Virus record (IMG/VR): IMGVR_UViG_3300020042_003373
Span: 1-54,329 of that record
Length of the DNA stretch: 54,329 bases
Direction: 5' to 3' (one strand)
Source of the DNA: a virus
Taxonomy: Duplodnaviria > Caudoviricetes
Each line of letters opens with the position of its first letter. The stretch's first letter is position 1. Shown piece after piece: positions 19,606 to 29,042 of the stretch. The notes below the pieces were generated by a model. It was not told the origin of the DNA and made no database searches. It was given only the letters and a program-made list of their open reading frames with translations. The position numbers were made by a program, and so were the translations under genes.

Positions 19606-20106
19606 ATGGCTGAATATCGTATCCGCGACACGGGCCAAACCATGCTGGAGATTGAGCTTCGCCAGTGGGCGCGCTCCACTTCCGGGGCATCTTGGAACCA
19701 GACGACCGAGGAAGTCCTTGAGGCTATCGGCGCTGATTTGGTGTTTGAAGGACCACAAGCGGCTACGACACCGCCCTATGAATACTCCACGCGGCAAGGC
19801 ATCGAGCAGGTCGAAGGCAAGTGGTACACGAAATACGTCGCAGGTCCGATCTTCACCGACACGCCGGAAGCAACCGCCGCCGAGCAGGAAACGGCCTACA
19901 AAGCGCGCATGGATGACCAACAGGCAACTTCGGTTCGCGCAGATCGGAATGCCCGTCTTGCCGCCACAGACTGGATGGTCGTCAAGACGCTTGAAGCTGG
20001 GCAACTCCAAGACTTCCCCGTGGCGGCGTATCGTCAAGCCTTGCGTGATATCCCTTCCCAACCCGGCTTTCCCTGGGATATTATTTGGCCGGAGGCACCG
20101 CAATGA
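19606..20106 (+). CDS. Tail fibre assembly chaperone
   Basis: VRADRNARLAATDW...YRQALRDIPSQPGFPWDIIWP signature. Confidence 0.8.
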   Translation: MAEYRIRDTGQTMLEIELRQWARSTSGASWNQTTEEVLEAIGADLVFEGPQAATTPPYEYSTRQGIEQVEGKWYTKYVAGPIFTDTPEATAAEQETAYKARMDDQQATSVRADRNARLAATDWMVVKTLEAGQLQDFPVAAYRQALRDIPSQPGFPWDIIWPEAPQ

Positions 20107-20612
20107 CCATCCCACGCAATCTATCCAACCTCGCCCCTGGCGCTAACACTGGCGGCGTTTTGAGCGCGAGCTATGGTGGTACGGGGCTTATTTCTCCTGG
20201 CACAAGCGGCAACGTCTTGGCCAGCAACGGAACGGCGTGGACTAGCACCAACACAATAACTAGCCCCATTCTTGTCACGCCTACCATCAATGACGGCTAC
20301 ATCGAAGAGACGGTTACCGCTAATACCAGCACAGCCTACACGATCTCGCTGACAGGTGGGTCATTCCAAATCCTAACGCTGACCGGCAATTGCACGTTCA
20401 CCTTCCCGACCGCCACTGCTGGGCAATCCTTCATGATGTTCCTCAAGCAAGACGCGACTGGTTCCAGAACTGTGACGTGGCCTGCTGTGGTGAAGTGGCC
20501 ATCCTCAACAGCGCCGACGATCACGGCGACAGCCAGTAAGGGGGATAAGTTTGTGTTCACTGCAGATGGCACAAATTGGCTTGGCTCCGTTGCTGGGCAG
20601 AATTACCTGTAA
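20103..20612 (+). CDS. Short fibre adaptor protein (module 2)
   Basis: Fibre GGTG repeat; LTLTGNCTFTFP...LKQDATGSRTVTWP..VKWP...D.F.F..DGTNW domain. Confidence 0.68.
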   Translation: MTIPRNLSNLAPGANTGGVLSASYGGTGLISPGTSGNVLASNGTAWTSTNTITSPILVTPTINDGYIEETVTANTSTAYTISLTGGSFQILTLTGNCTFTFPTATAGQSFMMFLKQDATGSRTVTWPAVVKWPSSTAPTITATASKGDKFVFTADGTNWLGSVAGQNYL

Positions 20613-22645
20613 TGTTTAGCGCGAATACAACTCAGGTTGCGGCGGCAACAGCGTCTCGGGCAATTGCTGTCGCTCACAGCGTATTTCCATTCATAACAGC
20701 TTATCCATGGTCAGTTTCCGGCTTCGGCACTAAATATGCCAATCCAGCAACCTTACCTGATGGTGTTGGCCGAGGCGTTGCATTCAGTACTGACGGCTCT
20801 GCAATAGCTGTCGCTCAAGACGATCCTCCCTACATATTAGCGTATCCGTGGTCAGGTTTTGGCTTTGGTACTAAATATGCCAATCCAGCAACCTTACCCA
20901 CTGGAGAGGGAAATGGCGTTGCATTCAGTACTAACGGCTCTGCTATTGCAGTGGCGCACAACACATCGCCATTTGTCTCAGCATATCCGTGGTCAGGTTC
21001 TGGGTTTGGCACAAAGTATGCTAACCCAACAACCCTACCTACCGCTATTGGCCGAGGCGTTGCATTTAGTCCTGACAGCTCTGCTATTGCTATTGCTCAT
21101 CAAACAGCACCATGTGTATCGGCCTATCCATGGTCAGGTTCTGGCTTTGGTACCAAGTACGCTAATCCCGCAACCCTCCCTACCGGCACTGGATTCGGCG
21201 TTGCATTCAGTAATAACGGCTCTGCAATTGCTGTCGCACACAGCTCAATTCCAGTCATATCAGCGTATCCATGGTCAGTTTCCGGTTTCGGAACTAAGTA
21301 CACCAATCCTGCAACCCCACCTACTGGCGATGCATACGGCGTTGCATTTAGTCCTGACAACTCTGCTATTGCTATTGCTCACGAAACATCTCTATTCATA
21401 TCAGCGTATCCATGGTCAGTTTCCGGCTTCGGCACTAAATATGCTAATCCAGCAACCTTACCTACTGGTATAGGATTAGGCGTTGCATTCAGTACTAACG
21501 GCTCTGCTATTGCTGTCGCTCACTCTACAACACCATTTGTATCGGCTTATCCTTGGTCAGGTTCCGGCTTCGGTACCAAGTACACCAATCCCGCAACCCT
21601 ACCTACTGGTAATGGAAACGGCGTCGCCTTCACTTCCGGCGGGTTTCCGGTTCAGCAGATTGCTGTTGGTCACGCTACAACACCGTTTGTTTCGGCGTAT
21701 CCGTGGTCTTCCAGTGGGTTCGGGACTAAGTATGCTAATCCAGCGACATTGCCCGTTAGTACAGGAAATGGCGTAGCTTTTAGTCCCAATGGTTCTGCTA
21801 TTGCTGTTGCCCATTCAACAACGCCATTTGTCTCAGCATATCCTTGGTTTTCAAGTGGGTTTGGAACTAAGTATGCTAATCCAGCAACATTGCCAACAGG
21901 AAACGGGTTCAGTGTTGCCTTTAGCCCTGACGGAACAGCAATTGCTGTCGGTCATTCCTCACCGCCTTTTGTGTCAGCATATCCGTGGTCAGTTTCTGGT
22001 TTTGGAACAAAATATGTTGATTCACCTACCTTTCCGACCAGCACGGGGCGCGGGGTAGCATTTAGTCCTTCTGGAACTGCAATAGCTGTCGCGCACGGTT
22101 TCATACCCTACATATCAGCATACTCATGGTCAGGTTCTGGTTTTGGGTCAAAGTATTCTAATCCAACTACCCTTCCAACAAGCGATGGCAGGAGCGTCTC
22201 ATTCAGTCCTGGCAGCACAGAAATTGCTGTCGCGCACGATTCCAGCCCCTACATAGCAGCATACTCATGGTCAGGTTCTGGGTTTGGAACTAAGTATGCT
22301 GATCCATCCACGTTGCCGACAGGAAACGGGTTAAGTGTTGCATTCAGCCCCGCTGGCACAGAGATTGCCATTGCTCATGCTGTAACGCCGTTTGTGTCGG
22401 CATACCCATGGACAACAGCTAGCGGCTTTGGAACTAAATATACAAACCCAGCCACACTGCCAGCAGCGCAAGGCAATGGCGTTGCGTTCAGCCGTGACGG
22501 CGCAACCCTTGCCGTTGCTCATACCACAACTCCGTTCATTACGGCGTACCCATGGTCAAGCTCCGGGTTCGGAACTAAATACACCAACCCAACCACATTG
22601 CCTGCCAGCACAGGAAATGGCGTTGCTTTCAACACAATCACCTAA
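20612..22645 (+). CDS. Double 7-bladed beta-propeller protein (putative receptor-binding protein)
   Basis: 14 copies of a ~47-aa repeat (IAVAH..PFVSAYPWS.SGFGTKY.NP.TLP...G.GVAFS), arranged 7+7; ATG overlaps the previous stop (TAATG). Confidence 0.78.
   Translation: MFSANTTQVAAATASRAIAVAHSVFPFITAYPWSVSGFGTKYANPATLPDGVGRGVAFSTDGSAIAVAQDDPPYILAYPWSGFGFGTKYANPATLPTGEGNGVAFSTNGSAIAVAHNTSPFVSAYPWSGSGFGTKYANPTTLPTAIGRGVAFSPDSSAIAIAHQTAPCVSAYPWSGSGFGTKYANPATLPTGTGFGVAFSNNGSAIAVAHSSIPVISAYPWSVSGFGTKYTNPATPPTGDAYGVAFSPDNSAIAIAHETSLFISAYPWSVSGFGTKYANPATLPTGIGLGVAFSTNGSAIAVAHSTTPFVSAYPWSGSGFGTKYTNPATLPTGNGNGVAFTSGGFPVQQIAVGHATTPFVSAYPWSSSGFGTKYANPATLPVSTGNGVAFSPNGSAIAVAHSTTPFVSAYPWFSSGFGTKYANPATLPTGNGFSVAFSPDGTAIAVGHSSPPFVSAYPWSVSGFGTKYVDSPTFPTSTGRGVAFSPSGTAIAVAHGFIPYISAYSWSGSGFGSKYSNPTTLPTSDGRSVSFSPGSTEIAVAHDSSPYIAAYSWSGSGFGTKYADPSTLPTGNGLSVAFSPAGTEIAIAHAVTPFVSAYPWTTASGFGTKYTNPATLPAAQGNGVAFSRDGATLAVAHTTTPFITAYPWSSSGFGTKYTNPTTLPASTGNGVAFNTIT
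20660..22630 (+). repeat. ~141-bp coding tandem repeat, 14 copies
   Basis: For example GGCTTCGGCACTAAATATGCC at 20720 and GGCTTTGGTACTAAATATGCC at 20861. Confidence 0.88.
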
Positions 22646-22657
22646 GAGAAAGAAAAA

Positions 22658-22927
22658 ATGACCGAAACCACCAAAGAAACCCCGAAGACCCGCGAGGAAA
22701 TCCTCGCCGTAAACCTTGAAGCCCGCGAGCAAGAGGTGATGCACTACCAGATCAACATCGACAACTACACGCTGGCGCTTGATAACATCGCCTCCATGAA
22801 CAGCCTCGACCGTGCTGAACTGTCTGGCTTTGTCGATCAGTTGACTGGCCTTCTCGCCTCTGAGCGGCTAGAGCAGAAGAAGGCCAAGGTGATGCTGGCG
22901 GTGCTGAAGCGGCAACTGGGAGACTGA
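22658..22927 (+). CDS. Small coiled-coil protein
   Basis: AREQEVMHYQINIDNY...ERLEQKKAKVML; lies between the propeller gene and the chaperone. Confidence 0.65.
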   Translation: MTETTKETPKTREEILAVNLEAREQEVMHYQINIDNYTLALDNIASMNSLDRAELSGFVDQLTGLLASERLEQKKAKVMLAVLKRQLGD

Positions 22928-22928
22928 T

Positions 22929-23402
22929 ATGCTCTACGTCAAAGCCATCGACAATCAGATTGTCGCGTATCCTTACACGCAGACTGATCTGATGCGGGAA
23001 ACCCCTTCGACCAGTTTTCCGAATGGCATCCTGTCGCCTGCCAGTCTGGCCGAATGGAACGTGTTCCCGGTCCATTACTCGGATCAACCGGTTGTTGACG
23101 TTTTAACGCAGCGCATGGTTGAGATTGCCCCGTTGTATGATGGGCAATCTTGGATTCAGCAGTGGGCTGTTGAGCCTCTCCCGCAGGAGGAGATCGACGC
23201 CCGCAATGCCCAACAAGCATCTTCAGTGCGCGCAGATCGGAATGCCCGTCTCGCCGCCACTGACTGGCGCGTGACCAAGGCGCTGGAGGATGGCAATGGT
23301 CTTGACTTCGACCTTGTCGCTTACCGGCAGGCGCTGCGTGATATCCCTTCCCAACCTGGGTTTCCTTGGGATATTGTCTGGCCGACAGTAGCTTCGACCT
23401 AG
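22929..23402 (+). CDS. Tail fibre assembly chaperone (second copy)
   Basis: YPY...SFP...; VRADRNARLAATDW...YRQALRDIPSQPGFPWDIVWP. Confidence 0.8.
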   Translation: MLYVKAIDNQIVAYPYTQTDLMRETPSTSFPNGILSPASLAEWNVFPVHYSDQPVVDVLTQRMVEIAPLYDGQSWIQQWAVEPLPQEEIDARNAQQASSVRADRNARLAATDWRVTKALEDGNGLDFDLVAYRQALRDIPSQPGFPWDIVWPTVAST

Positions 23403-23418
23403 GTATAAAAGCTAGACA

Positions 23419-24378
23419 ATGTTTGGCTTCTTCCCATTCTCTGCCGCGCCGTTTAGTGATCAGGGCAAGACCTCCATTCAGGGGATTGCGTCCGACGCAC
23501 TAACACTGAGCGACAGCACGACGAATGTGGCAAGCCTAGTTGGGCTAGCGTCTGATTCTATTGCCCTAACAGAATCCACCACAAGCGTCCTCAGCGCCCC
23601 TGTGGACGCCTCTGATACCGTCGCGCTGTCTGACACCAGCTCTGCCGCGATAAGCGCCTCCAGCGACGCCTCTGATACTTTGACACTGTCTGATGTTTCT
23701 GGTGGCGGCACGGCCTATTCGCTAGATTCTTCCGACTCCATCACCTTGGTAGACGCAACGGACTTTATAGCTTCTGTTGGCCTTAGCGCGTCCGACACAC
23801 TGACGCTGACCGATAGCTCGGTGAGTGTGGCGTCCTTCCTAAACAATGCTTCCGACTCCATAACATTCACCGAATCTACAGCAACCAAACTAGATGCGGT
23901 GGCCAGCGGCTCCGATAGCCTGTCTCTGGTTGATGTTAGCGCCGCAATTGCCAGCTTCATTAGCGCTGCGTCCGATACGCTAACCCTACTTGACCTCACG
24001 ACACCTGGGTCTGGGTATTTGGTCAGCGGCTCAGATTCTTTAACTTTATCTGATATCTCTGTTCCTGGCATTCTCTACGCAAGAAGCGCGTCCGATAGCT
24101 TGTCGTTGTCAGATTCTGTGACAGGCGGGCGCGTCGCGGTAGTTAGCGCGTCTGATACCCTTGTCATTTCCGACTCTTCTAGTGGCAAGATATCCGCACA
24201 GCCATCTGCGGTTGATTCAATTGCCATTAGTGACATAGCCACAAATGGCGCTAGTATCCTCATATCGGCTTCGGATACAATATCCTTGACAGATGTCACA
24301 GAAAAGTATGGTGGGTGGCAGACTATACCAAACCCAACACAGGTTTGGACGCCTGTCCTCACAACTATTACAACATAA
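23419..24378 (+). CDS. Ser/Asp-rich repetitive putative virion protein
   Basis: MFGFFPFSAAPFS start; recurrent ASD(T/S)(L/I)xLxD units; W-containing C-terminus. Confidence 0.65.
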   Translation: MFGFFPFSAAPFSDQGKTSIQGIASDALTLSDSTTNVASLVGLASDSIALTESTTSVLSAPVDASDTVALSDTSSAAISASSDASDTLTLSDVSGGGTAYSLDSSDSITLVDATDFIASVGLSASDTLTLTDSSVSVASFLNNASDSITFTESTATKLDAVASGSDSLSLVDVSAAIASFISAASDTLTLLDLTTPGSGYLVSGSDSLTLSDISVPGILYARSASDSLSLSDSVTGGRVAVVSASDTLVISDSSSGKISAQPSAVDSIAISDIATNGASILISASDTISLTDVTEKYGGWQTIPNPTQVWTPVLTTITT

Positions 24379-24397
24379 CCGCAAAAGGAATAATTAA

Positions 24398-24949
24398 ATG
24401 AACAACAATGACTCTATCATTCTAGGAGACGCTGCTGGCTCTGGCCTTGTTGCCCGCCATGAGGTCAATGACTTCGTTGGTGTGGCTGGCAAGTTCATCG
24501 TCACATGCCGTGATGCCGAGGGCAACATCCGCTGGGAAGATGGCTTTCCCAATCTGGTTGTGACCACGGGCAAGAACGATCTGCTGAATAAGTACTTCCT
24601 TGGTTCGGCCTATACCGCCACGTTCTTCGTTGGCTTGAAGGGCGCCGGCACCATTGCCGCTGGCGACACCATGGCTTCTCATGCTGGCTGGACGGACATC
24701 ACCGGCTACTCAAACGCCACGCGCCCGGCCTTCAGCCCCGCATCTTCGACCGCTGGCTCCAGCACCAACTCGGCTTCGCCTGCGGTGTTCAACATCAACG
24801 CCTCCAACACCATTGCCGGTTGCTTCATCACAACCAGCAGCACGGTGGGCGGCACGGCTGGCATCCTGTTCTCTGCGGCTGACTTCGCCTCCTCTCGCGC
24901 GGTGCTGAGCGGCGACACGCTGACCGTCACTTACACCGTCTCCTGCTAA
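24398..24949 (+). CDS. Conserved virion/tail protein
   Basis: W...PNLVVTTGKN...DTMASHAGW...GILFSAADF...SGDTLTVTY. Confidence 0.68.
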   Translation: MNNNDSIILGDAAGSGLVARHEVNDFVGVAGKFIVTCRDAEGNIRWEDGFPNLVVTTGKNDLLNKYFLGSAYTATFFVGLKGAGTIAAGDTMASHAGWTDITGYSNATRPAFSPASSTAGSSTNSASPAVFNINASNTIAGCFITTSSTVGGTAGILFSAADFASSRAVLSGDTLTVTYTVSC

Positions 24950-24970
24950 ACCTCATAGCAAGGTAAGAAG

Positions 24971-26893
24971 ATGCCCAGTACATACAGCACGTCCCTTGGT
25001 ATTGAGCTTATCGGCAACGGTGAGCAGGCTTCCAACTGGGGCACCACGACTAACAACAACCTGGGCACTCTTCTTGAGCAGGCCATCGCTGGCGTTGGCG
25101 ACGTCGATATGTCCGCTGGGACTAACGTCACCATAGTTACGGGCACCGGCGTTGTTGGCGCGGCGCGGAATGCGGTTTTGGTTCTTACAGGAAGTCTTGG
25201 CGCGTCCTGTAATTTGACCGTGCCCACGGTCAAAAAGTTCTACGCCATCCGCAACGCCACGACTGGCGGTCAGAATGTTGTCGTCAAAACATCAGCCCAA
25301 GCTACGGGTGTAACGCTAGCCAATGGCTACACCCAGCTCATGTACTGCGACGGCACCAATGTTGTTTCCGCCACTCAGCCGTTTGATTCTGTGAACGGCA
25401 ATGTCCTGATTAACGGCAACGTCACCATCAGCAAGGCTTCTCCGGTCTTGGCTTTATCGAAGGCCGCCTCCGGCCAAAGCAACGTGATTACTGGGCAAAC
25501 CGGAGGCTCTGCGAGATGGGCTATTGCCCCAGGCAACTCGACGGCTGAATCCGCGGGTAATGTTGGCAGTGACTTCACGATAAGTAGCTACACGGATGGC
25601 GGGACTTTTATTGAGAATCCACTCACCATCACGCGCAGTAGCGGAGCAACCGCGCTGAAGTCCCTTAGCGTTGTTGGAGACATAACAACTACAGGGCAGA
25701 CCGTTCGTATTGGAAATGGCGAGGTCAATTCCAAATCCCTCAACATGATTAGTTCTAACGGAACTAACGCGCGGAATGTTTCTTACTATCTGAACACAAA
25801 CGGCAATTCTGGGCTGATTGACAATTCAACCAGAACAACAATTGTCCAGTCAAATCCGTTTTCCACCACCTCAGGTTTAGCTACCGTCCTTGTGACGATT
25901 CCGGCTTATGGCGCTTCCGTCAATGATTTTGTGACGTTCTCTGGCGCTAGTGCCGTTGGCGGATTGACGCTAAACGGCACATATCAAATTGTCAGCACGC
26001 CATCGTCTTCTACCTTCACGATCACTGCCGCATCAAACGCAACATCAACGGTGTTGCAGCCGCCCGGTGGCGGCGGCACGGTCACTGCTGCGTTCCAAGT
26101 CACGCCATTCTCGCGCTTCTACACCGATGCGTCTGGCAACTTTACCGCTTATCGTGATTTGCTTGGTGGCGGCACGATAGCGACCACCAGCAATCTGCTG
26201 CGCGTTGGTTCTGGCGCGGCCACAAACATACTGCTCCAGCAATGGAATAGCGCTGTTAATGGCAATTATTATCTAAACACTGACGGCACTGCTGGATTTA
26301 ACGACACAACAAATCTCAAGATTCGCTTTTCTTCAGATACATCTGGCAACTTCTTTACTTACAGCAACATCACTATGCAAACCGCAACTTTGCTTGATGG
26401 TGTTTACTACAGCCCTGGTCTAATTTCGTCCCCAGATTCGTACCAAACAATATTGCGTTATTTTCATCAGCCAACCGTGAAGGCTGGCGCTCAGTTTCTT
26501 ATCGGTGGCGTTACTCTTTTTGAATTTCAAAACAACGGTAACGGCTATGCGCCCAACACTTGGATATCGCTTTCAGATAAGAGGGTTAAGGAAGACCAAA
26601 AAACCATCGATGGTGCTTTGGGCAAGCTGGCTCAACTGAATGGCGTTACTTACAAAAGAAACGACATCTCAAAGATTGATGGCTCATCAATTGTTAGCGT
26701 TGGCCTTCTTGCCCAAGACGTTGCCGCCGTGTTGCCTGAAGCCGTGGAGGTTACAGGACAGGCACCAGCAAACGACCCTGATGGCCCTGGTCTGATGTCG
26801 CTTAACTACAACGGGGTTATTGCCCTGCTGGTTAATGCTGTCAAAGAATTGAGCGCGAAGGTTGATGCGCTTGAGAAGAAGGCTGCTGGCTAA
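24971..26893 (+). CDS. Tail fibre/spike with C-terminal intramolecular chaperone (peptidase S74-like)
   Basis: MPSTYS..LGIELIGNGEQ..WGTTTN.N N-terminus; SDKRVKED...GLLAQDV..V.PEAV...LNYNGVIALLVNAVKEL C-terminus. Confidence 0.75.
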   Translation: MPSTYSTSLGIELIGNGEQASNWGTTTNNNLGTLLEQAIAGVGDVDMSAGTNVTIVTGTGVVGAARNAVLVLTGSLGASCNLTVPTVKKFYAIRNATTGGQNVVVKTSAQATGVTLANGYTQLMYCDGTNVVSATQPFDSVNGNVLINGNVTISKASPVLALSKAASGQSNVITGQTGGSARWAIAPGNSTAESAGNVGSDFTISSYTDGGTFIENPLTITRSSGATALKSLSVVGDITTTGQTVRIGNGEVNSKSLNMISSNGTNARNVSYYLNTNGNSGLIDNSTRTTIVQSNPFSTTSGLATVLVTIPAYGASVNDFVTFSGASAVGGLTLNGTYQIVSTPSSSTFTITAASNATSTVLQPPGGGGTVTAAFQVTPFSRFYTDASGNFTAYRDLLGGGTIATTSNLLRVGSGAATNILLQQWNSAVNGNYYLNTDGTAGFNDTTNLKIRFSSDTSGNFFTYSNITMQTATLLDGVYYSPGLISSPDSYQTILRYFHQPTVKAGAQFLIGGVTLFEFQNNGNGYAPNTWISLSDKRVKEDQKTIDGALGKLAQLNGVTYKRNDISKIDGSSIVSVGLLAQDVAAVLPEAVEVTGQAPANDPDGPGLMSLNYNGVIALLVNAVKELSAKVDALEKKAAG

Positions 26894-26894
26894 C

Positions 26895-29042
26895 ATGCCT
26901 CTCCAGAAGCTCCAATTCACTCCCGGCGTGCAGCATGATGGATCGAGATACTCCTCGTCGGGTTCTTGGTCTGAAGCCGATAAGGTTCGGTTCCGTAGTG
27001 GTGCGCCGGAAAAAATTGGAGGCTGGCAGCGGGCTACATTGATGCAGTTCTTAGGAACATGCCGTCAACTATTCCCATTCTCTGATTTGGAAGGAAGCTT
27101 CTATCTCGGTATCGGCACTAGCTTTAAGTATTACATTGAGCGTGGCGGGTCTATGTATGACATTACTCCGCTTAGAGTAACAAAAACCCAAAGCAATCCG
27201 TTCACAACAACTAACGGTAGTAATGTTGTTAAAGTATTAATACCTGATCATGGCGCGACAAATGGGGATTTTGTTACATTTTCTGGCGCTAGTGCTGTTG
27301 GCGGTTTGACACTTAATGGTGAATACCAAATCACTTCTGTTGAAACATCGTCTGTGTTTTATATTGCTGCCGCGTCAAACGCGACATCAACCGCAACAGG
27401 TGGCGGCACGGTCACTGCCGTCTTCCAAATCAACACAGGCACCAATAGCACACTCTACGCCAATGGCTGGGGTGCTGGCACTTGGGGCGGCATCATTGCC
27501 GCAAACAGCGTTTCGTTTACTGGAGCTATAAACAACGGCAGTACTCTTGCTGGCACAACTCTAACAGTATCAGCAATCCCAGCAGGGACAATCGCTCTGA
27601 TCAATGCTGGTGATTTGGTTACCGGCAGCGGCGTGTCGGTCAGTCCTCCAGGCTCTTCAGCAACTTATATACTCAACCAGCTTACAGGCACGACTGGTGG
27701 GCTGGGCACATACACCGTCAGCATATCTCAACTTGTTCCCTCAACCGCCACCATGAGCGCTTTGGAAGGCACTGGCTGGGGCGTTGCCGCTGACACTGAG
27801 GTATCCAGTACGCGCCTTCGCCTGTGGTCTAATGATAACTATGGGCAAGACTTGGTTATCAACCCACGCGATGCAGCAATCTATTATTGGCTTAACTCCG
27901 GCGGACTTGGAGTAAGGGCTGTCAGGCTTGATAGCTTGGCTGGCGCTTCTGGTGTTCCTGCTGTTGCCCGCCAAATCATGGTGTCATCGCTCGACCGCAA
28001 GGTGTTGGCGTTTGGCTGCACCGACATCGTAACCGGAGTTCAGGATCGTCTATTGATTCGTTGGTCAGACAATGAAGTCCCAACTCAATGGACGCCGCTT
28101 GAAGACAATGCTGCTGGCGGCCTTCGCATTCCAACCGGCTCCGAGTTCATGTCGGCAATCAAAACTAAACAAGAGGTTCTTGTTTGGACCGAGAGCGCGG
28201 TTCATGCGCTAAAGTACATTGGTGCCCCGTTTGAATACACCATCAGTCGCCTGGGCATGACGACCCTAGTCGGGCCAAATGCCATAGCATCATCGAACGA
28301 TGTGGTCTTTTGGATGGGGGCAAACGGCTTCTTCCAATATGATGGTCGCGTCTATGGTTTGCCCTGCTCAGTCAAGGATTATGTATTCAACGATCTAAAC
28401 TGGAACCAAGCTGAGAAGATTTGCGGCGGCAGCAACATGTCGTTTAATGAGGTTTGGTGGTTCTACCCAAGCCTGAACTCAGAAGAGAATGATCGTTATG
28501 TAGTTTACAACTACAACGAGAAGGTCTGGACCGTAGGTACGATTGTTAGAACAGCGTGGATTGACAGAGGGATTGAAGATTATCCTCGCTCTGCTGGCGC
28601 TGACGGTTATGTTTATTTTCATGAGATTGGTCAGGACGATGGTTCAGCTAGTCCAACATTGCCCATTGTAGCTTATATTGAAAGCACACCGATTGAGATT
28701 GGCTCTGGCGAAACCTTTGGGTTTGCCTGGAGAATGATTCCTGACTTAACATTCAGGAACAGCAGCGCGGCCAATCCTGTCGTGAACTTTGTTTTGAAAG
28801 CGCAAGATTACTCAGGCTCTGCATTTAGCCAGACTAGCGACAATAACGCCACGCGTATCTCGAATACAACCACCTCTGGCGGCATAACAACCGTCACGTT
28901 CCCGGTTGAGCAGTTCACTAGCCAAACATACTTTCGCCTGCGTGGCCGCATGATGTCACTGCGCGTGCAGAGTGATGGACTTGGCGTGGCGTGGCGTCTT
29001 GGTGTACCCCGTGTTGATATTCGTCAGGATGGACGCAGATGA
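26895..29042 (+). CDS. Tail hub / head-closure (stabilisation) protein
   Basis: MPLQKLQF.PG...DKVRFR.G.PEKIGGW; LLIRWSD, EVWWFYPS, DRYVVYNY; ends WRLG..RVDIRQDGRR. Confidence 0.72.
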   Translation: MPLQKLQFTPGVQHDGSRYSSSGSWSEADKVRFRSGAPEKIGGWQRATLMQFLGTCRQLFPFSDLEGSFYLGIGTSFKYYIERGGSMYDITPLRVTKTQSNPFTTTNGSNVVKVLIPDHGATNGDFVTFSGASAVGGLTLNGEYQITSVETSSVFYIAAASNATSTATGGGTVTAVFQINTGTNSTLYANGWGAGTWGGIIAANSVSFTGAINNGSTLAGTTLTVSAIPAGTIALINAGDLVTGSGVSVSPPGSSATYILNQLTGTTGGLGTYTVSISQLVPSTATMSALEGTGWGVAADTEVSSTRLRLWSNDNYGQDLVINPRDAAIYYWLNSGGLGVRAVRLDSLAGASGVPAVARQIMVSSLDRKVLAFGCTDIVTGVQDRLLIRWSDNEVPTQWTPLEDNAAGGLRIPTGSEFMSAIKTKQEVLVWTESAVHALKYIGAPFEYTISRLGMTTLVGPNAIASSNDVVFWMGANGFFQYDGRVYGLPCSVKDYVFNDLNWNQAEKICGGSNMSFNEVWWFYPSLNSEENDRYVVYNYNEKVWTVGTIVRTAWIDRGIEDYPRSAGADGYVYFHEIGQDDGSASPTLPIVAYIESTPIEIGSGETFGFAWRMIPDLTFRNSSAANPVVNFVLKAQDYSGSAFSQTSDNNATRISNTTTSGGITTVTFPVEQFTSQTYFRLRGRMMSLRVQSDGLGVAWRLGVPRVDIRQDGRR

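Noticed and set aside
20576-20640. Programmed frameshift fusing the adaptor and propeller genes
   Set aside because: A simple TAATG stop/start coupling explains the junction, and no slippery heptamer is evident.
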